Both the position numbers and the translations under genes were made by a program. This document shows, in pieces, positions 61,128 to 64,000 of a stretch of 64,000 nucleotides of DNA (position 1 is the first letter of the stretch; every line of letters begins with the position of its first letter). The notes beneath the pieces were generated by a model. That model saw only the letters and a list, made by a program, of their open reading frames with translations, had not been told where the DNA came from and made no database searches. The stretch lies in the NCBI GenBank assembly GCA_047495785.1, contig JBLDXI010000031.1, positions 620,001 through 684,000 on the forward strand. Reading direction: 5' to 3'. The DNA comes from Lepidodermella squamata (taxonomy: Eukaryota > Animalia > Gastrotricha).

Positions 61128-61641
61128 ATTATCGCTTGATTTGTTAACGACTGATATCTTTGTAGTCAGAAAAATGTTTCATAGAATGAAATAAAAAGAC
61201 GAAAATATTAATCCTTCTTCCGATATTACTCAGTTTTTCAAAAACAAAACATTGCGGGCGAATTTGGCACTCAATTTACGATATCATAGCATACACAGGA
61301 AAGGATATGGAACATTTCACTCACTGAGGGACATTTCAACATTTATAGTTTTGGTTTCACATTTTTTCAATTTAATTTAGGGTCTCATTTGCCGATTCCA
61401 TTTAGGGACAAATTAGTATTTTTGTGAATAACATTTTTCTCAGAAATTCTCAGATATTCTCTTATTTCCGATTTTTGTTGACGAGCTCCATCAAAAGAAT
61501 TGAGACCACTTGTTCACTAGCGAAAATATGCGACCTCTTATAATTCATTCACTAAGATGTCAACAAATTATTAAAGTTAAGTGCTAGCCTGTTTAACTCT
61601 ATAAAGTTTGCACCCTCAATAATAAGATAACTGTAAGAAAC

Positions 61642-62715
61642 ATGAGTTTTACTCGACGTATTTTCAAGCTCTCTTACGCATTGCCTATTATCCTAGTAAC
61701 GAGTCTTGCTCTTGGAGAAGAAGGTATGCATTGTTACACCGAGATAATTCTTTACAATCTATCTTCATTGTTTTATTCACAATAGAAAACAATGCGGCAA
61801 GATTAGTTAAAAGAGATGCCTATCAAGAACCAATTCTTCTTTTCGAGAACTCTGGCCCGAAACTACAAGAGAACTTCAATCTGCAAGCATTCACTGGCCT
61901 ATGGTTCGACATTTACCGGACCAATACGAACTCGCTATTCAGTCAAGCTGTTAGCGACGTCACCTCAACTTACACAACAAACCAAGACAGTTCTGTGAAT
62001 GTCGTTGATCGAGAATGGCTGATGAACGACAACGGCTGGATGATAGCGAATGGAAATGCTAAGCCTATTTCTAATGCCAGACTTCTTGTTGATTACGACG
62101 GAGTGCCTACAGCTCTGGATTACAGGATTCTTTACACTGATTACCAAAGTATAGCTGTAGTGTATGGCGAGGTCACTTCATATGACGACAAAGTTACGAA
62201 ATATGCGAGAATTCTTGCGAGATACCCTGATCCGGATGAAGCGACGATTCAACGAGCTTTTGCTATCATTTTCTCGAGGACTTTGTTGACGAGGAATAAT
62301 TTCGTGAAAATCAGGCATGGAGTTCGAGGGACTATCATTACAACCACTCAAAATCCTGATTATCCGTTAGCTGAGATTGAAGCTACCACCAGTAAGCCGA
62401 TGAGCTCAGGCCCGAATGTTGACTTCGAGAATCTTTTCCATGCTGAGACAACTGAGCGGAGTGAGTTGACCAGATGTTAACGAAATTTCTTTGATTTTGC
62501 ATTATTTTTTAGTTACTACGACATCTGACAAGTCTTGGAAGTGCGCCTACAGGCCCCCGGAAAGCTCTTGCATGTTCCTTGGCCGATTTATTGTCTTCAA
62601 CAGTGAGGATCAACTATGCGTTATTCAAACATCGGGATGCAGTATGACCGATGTCCAGCGGCATGCTTTCACTTCTTGGGACGAATGTCAAGAAACTTGT
62701 GTTGCAGCGCCATAG
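61642..62715 (+). CDS. Lipocalin plus Thr-rich linker plus Kunitz-like domain (3 exons)
   Basis: Exons 61642-61723, 61786-62460 and 62513-62715; RLVKR pro-site. Paralog of the 60093 gene. Confidence 0.85.
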
Positions 62716-63459
62716 AAACATTTTACATGAGATTGTTTGAGCATGAAATTGGAATAAAATACTGAATTTGAATTCGTATTGCGGCGAACCAGCCCTTGAC
62801 ACTTCTTCATTTGCAGAATATGTCCTATGAGACAAGTGTTAGCAAATTAAACAATGGAAAAATATAGGAGCGACAATTCAGCAAGGACAATCGAGCTGGG
62901 AACTCTTCCGAAACCTACTAATCCACAAACCTTAGCTTGAATCTTATCAAATTCAGAGGAAATGTAAATCTTCTGCTGGAATGTCGCTTGCTGAACTGTC
63001 GGGATAAGAAAATTCTCGAAATAGCTGTTTGATTGCGTGATCTCAGAATTTTCACTTTTGTGCATTTTTGCCCAGCCTGATTATTGGCAACCTCAATTTT
63101 GACCGGCTATCTTCACGTTTTTAGGCGCCTGCTGCCGCGTATTTATCACCTCTTGAGATTTGACACTAAAAACACACGAGCACAAACAAGGGATTCTTGT
63201 TACAGGTGCGCGTTTCGGCTAGGTGTTAAGCCGCTTTACTTGCCAAGATTTTAGCTCAGCTACCAGCACTGCGTCATGATTATTAGGCGTTCGAGCGCAC
63301 CTACGACAAGTAATCTCCGGCTCACAGCAACCTGCTATAGCTGCTCATCAGTTTACAGCCGACAGTTTTCTTCTCGAGCCCTTGCCATTTCTTCTCGTAT
63401 TTTCGACTTCACTATAAATACACTGCTGTTTAACCACAAACATATTTTTTAATAGAAAG

Positions 63460-64000
63460 ATGTATACTGTGTTAGTTCTAGCGATTCTACCCTTAGCTTT
63501 AGCTCAGGTATGATCGATCAATTTTCCCTGAATTTTAATGATTTTCTGGGATTAACAGGAAGTCCCTGGCGTCGCAGATTTCGACGTCTCGCAATATGTC
63601 GGCTTATGGTACGAAGTCTACAAAACAAGGGGCATGCCATTTCAATCTGATGCGGCAACCGACGTGACAGCTCAATACACGAAGAACGAAAACGGAACTG
63701 TAACAGTCCTCAACAAGGAATGGCGGCCCTGGGAAAGCCGTTGGAGCTCAATGACCGGCCTCGCTACGCCTAACGCAACCGAATCTGGCGTATTCTCAGT
63801 CCAATTCCCTGGCAATCCAGTACCAGGAGATTACCGAGTCATTTCCACTGATTATTCAACGTATTCGATTGTATACAGCGTTAAGCGATACTGCTGGATC
63901 TTGTCACGTTTCACTAATATGACTGACGCTTTCGCTGCGACGTTGTTCGCGTTCATTCGAGAGAAGACCGATTTGAGGCCGTATCAATTCTTGAAGACGG
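63460..64000 (+). CDS. Secreted lipocalin (runs off window)
   Basis: Exon 63460-63507 (MYTVLVLAILPLALAQ) and an exon from 63559 reading DFDVSQYVGLWY...STDYS...WILSR; TATAAATA at 63413. Not in the ORF track. Confidence 0.88.

Noticed and set aside
1-64000. CRISPR arrays or prokaryotic operons and defence systems
   Set aside because: The sequence is eukaryotic with spliceosomal introns, and no repeat-spacer array was seen.

Overview
Eukaryotic (animal-type, probably invertebrate) genomic DNA with compact genes, short GT-AG introns (mostly about 45-70 bp) and TATA boxes. Many ORF-track entries are exons, so I rebuilt gene models by hand from splice sites. The window is mostly tandem arrays of secreted proteins. 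(1) 1-11.9 kb: three minus-strand genes with Cys-rich PAN/Apple-like repeats and Thr-rich linkers. (2) 14-21.3 kb: five genes and one pseudogene for an unrecognised family of small secreted peptides, mixed with a secreted three-finger (Ly6/uPAR) protein and an intronless GABA-B-like class C GPCR. (3) 22-31 kb: a lipocalin, a spliced pseudokinase-ankyrin gene, a second frameshifted class C GPCR, and IPMK. (4) 31.8-64 kb: 18 more lipocalin genes, giving 19 genes and about 25 domains in total. They are mostly Cys-free. Three have three tandem domains, eight carry a C-terminal Kunitz-like domain, and two have Q/P-rich tails. This block also holds a MACPF pseudogene and a Gly/Pro/Trp repeat protein. 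Mobile elements found are a tRNA-derived SINE, a hAT-type MITE, a Tc1-type MITE and a 161-bp-arm foldback. The best candidate for a new system is the modular lipocalin-Kunitz array with its linked peptide and class C GPCR cluster, which may be a secretion or chemical-signalling locus. All functional statements are inference; no searches were run.
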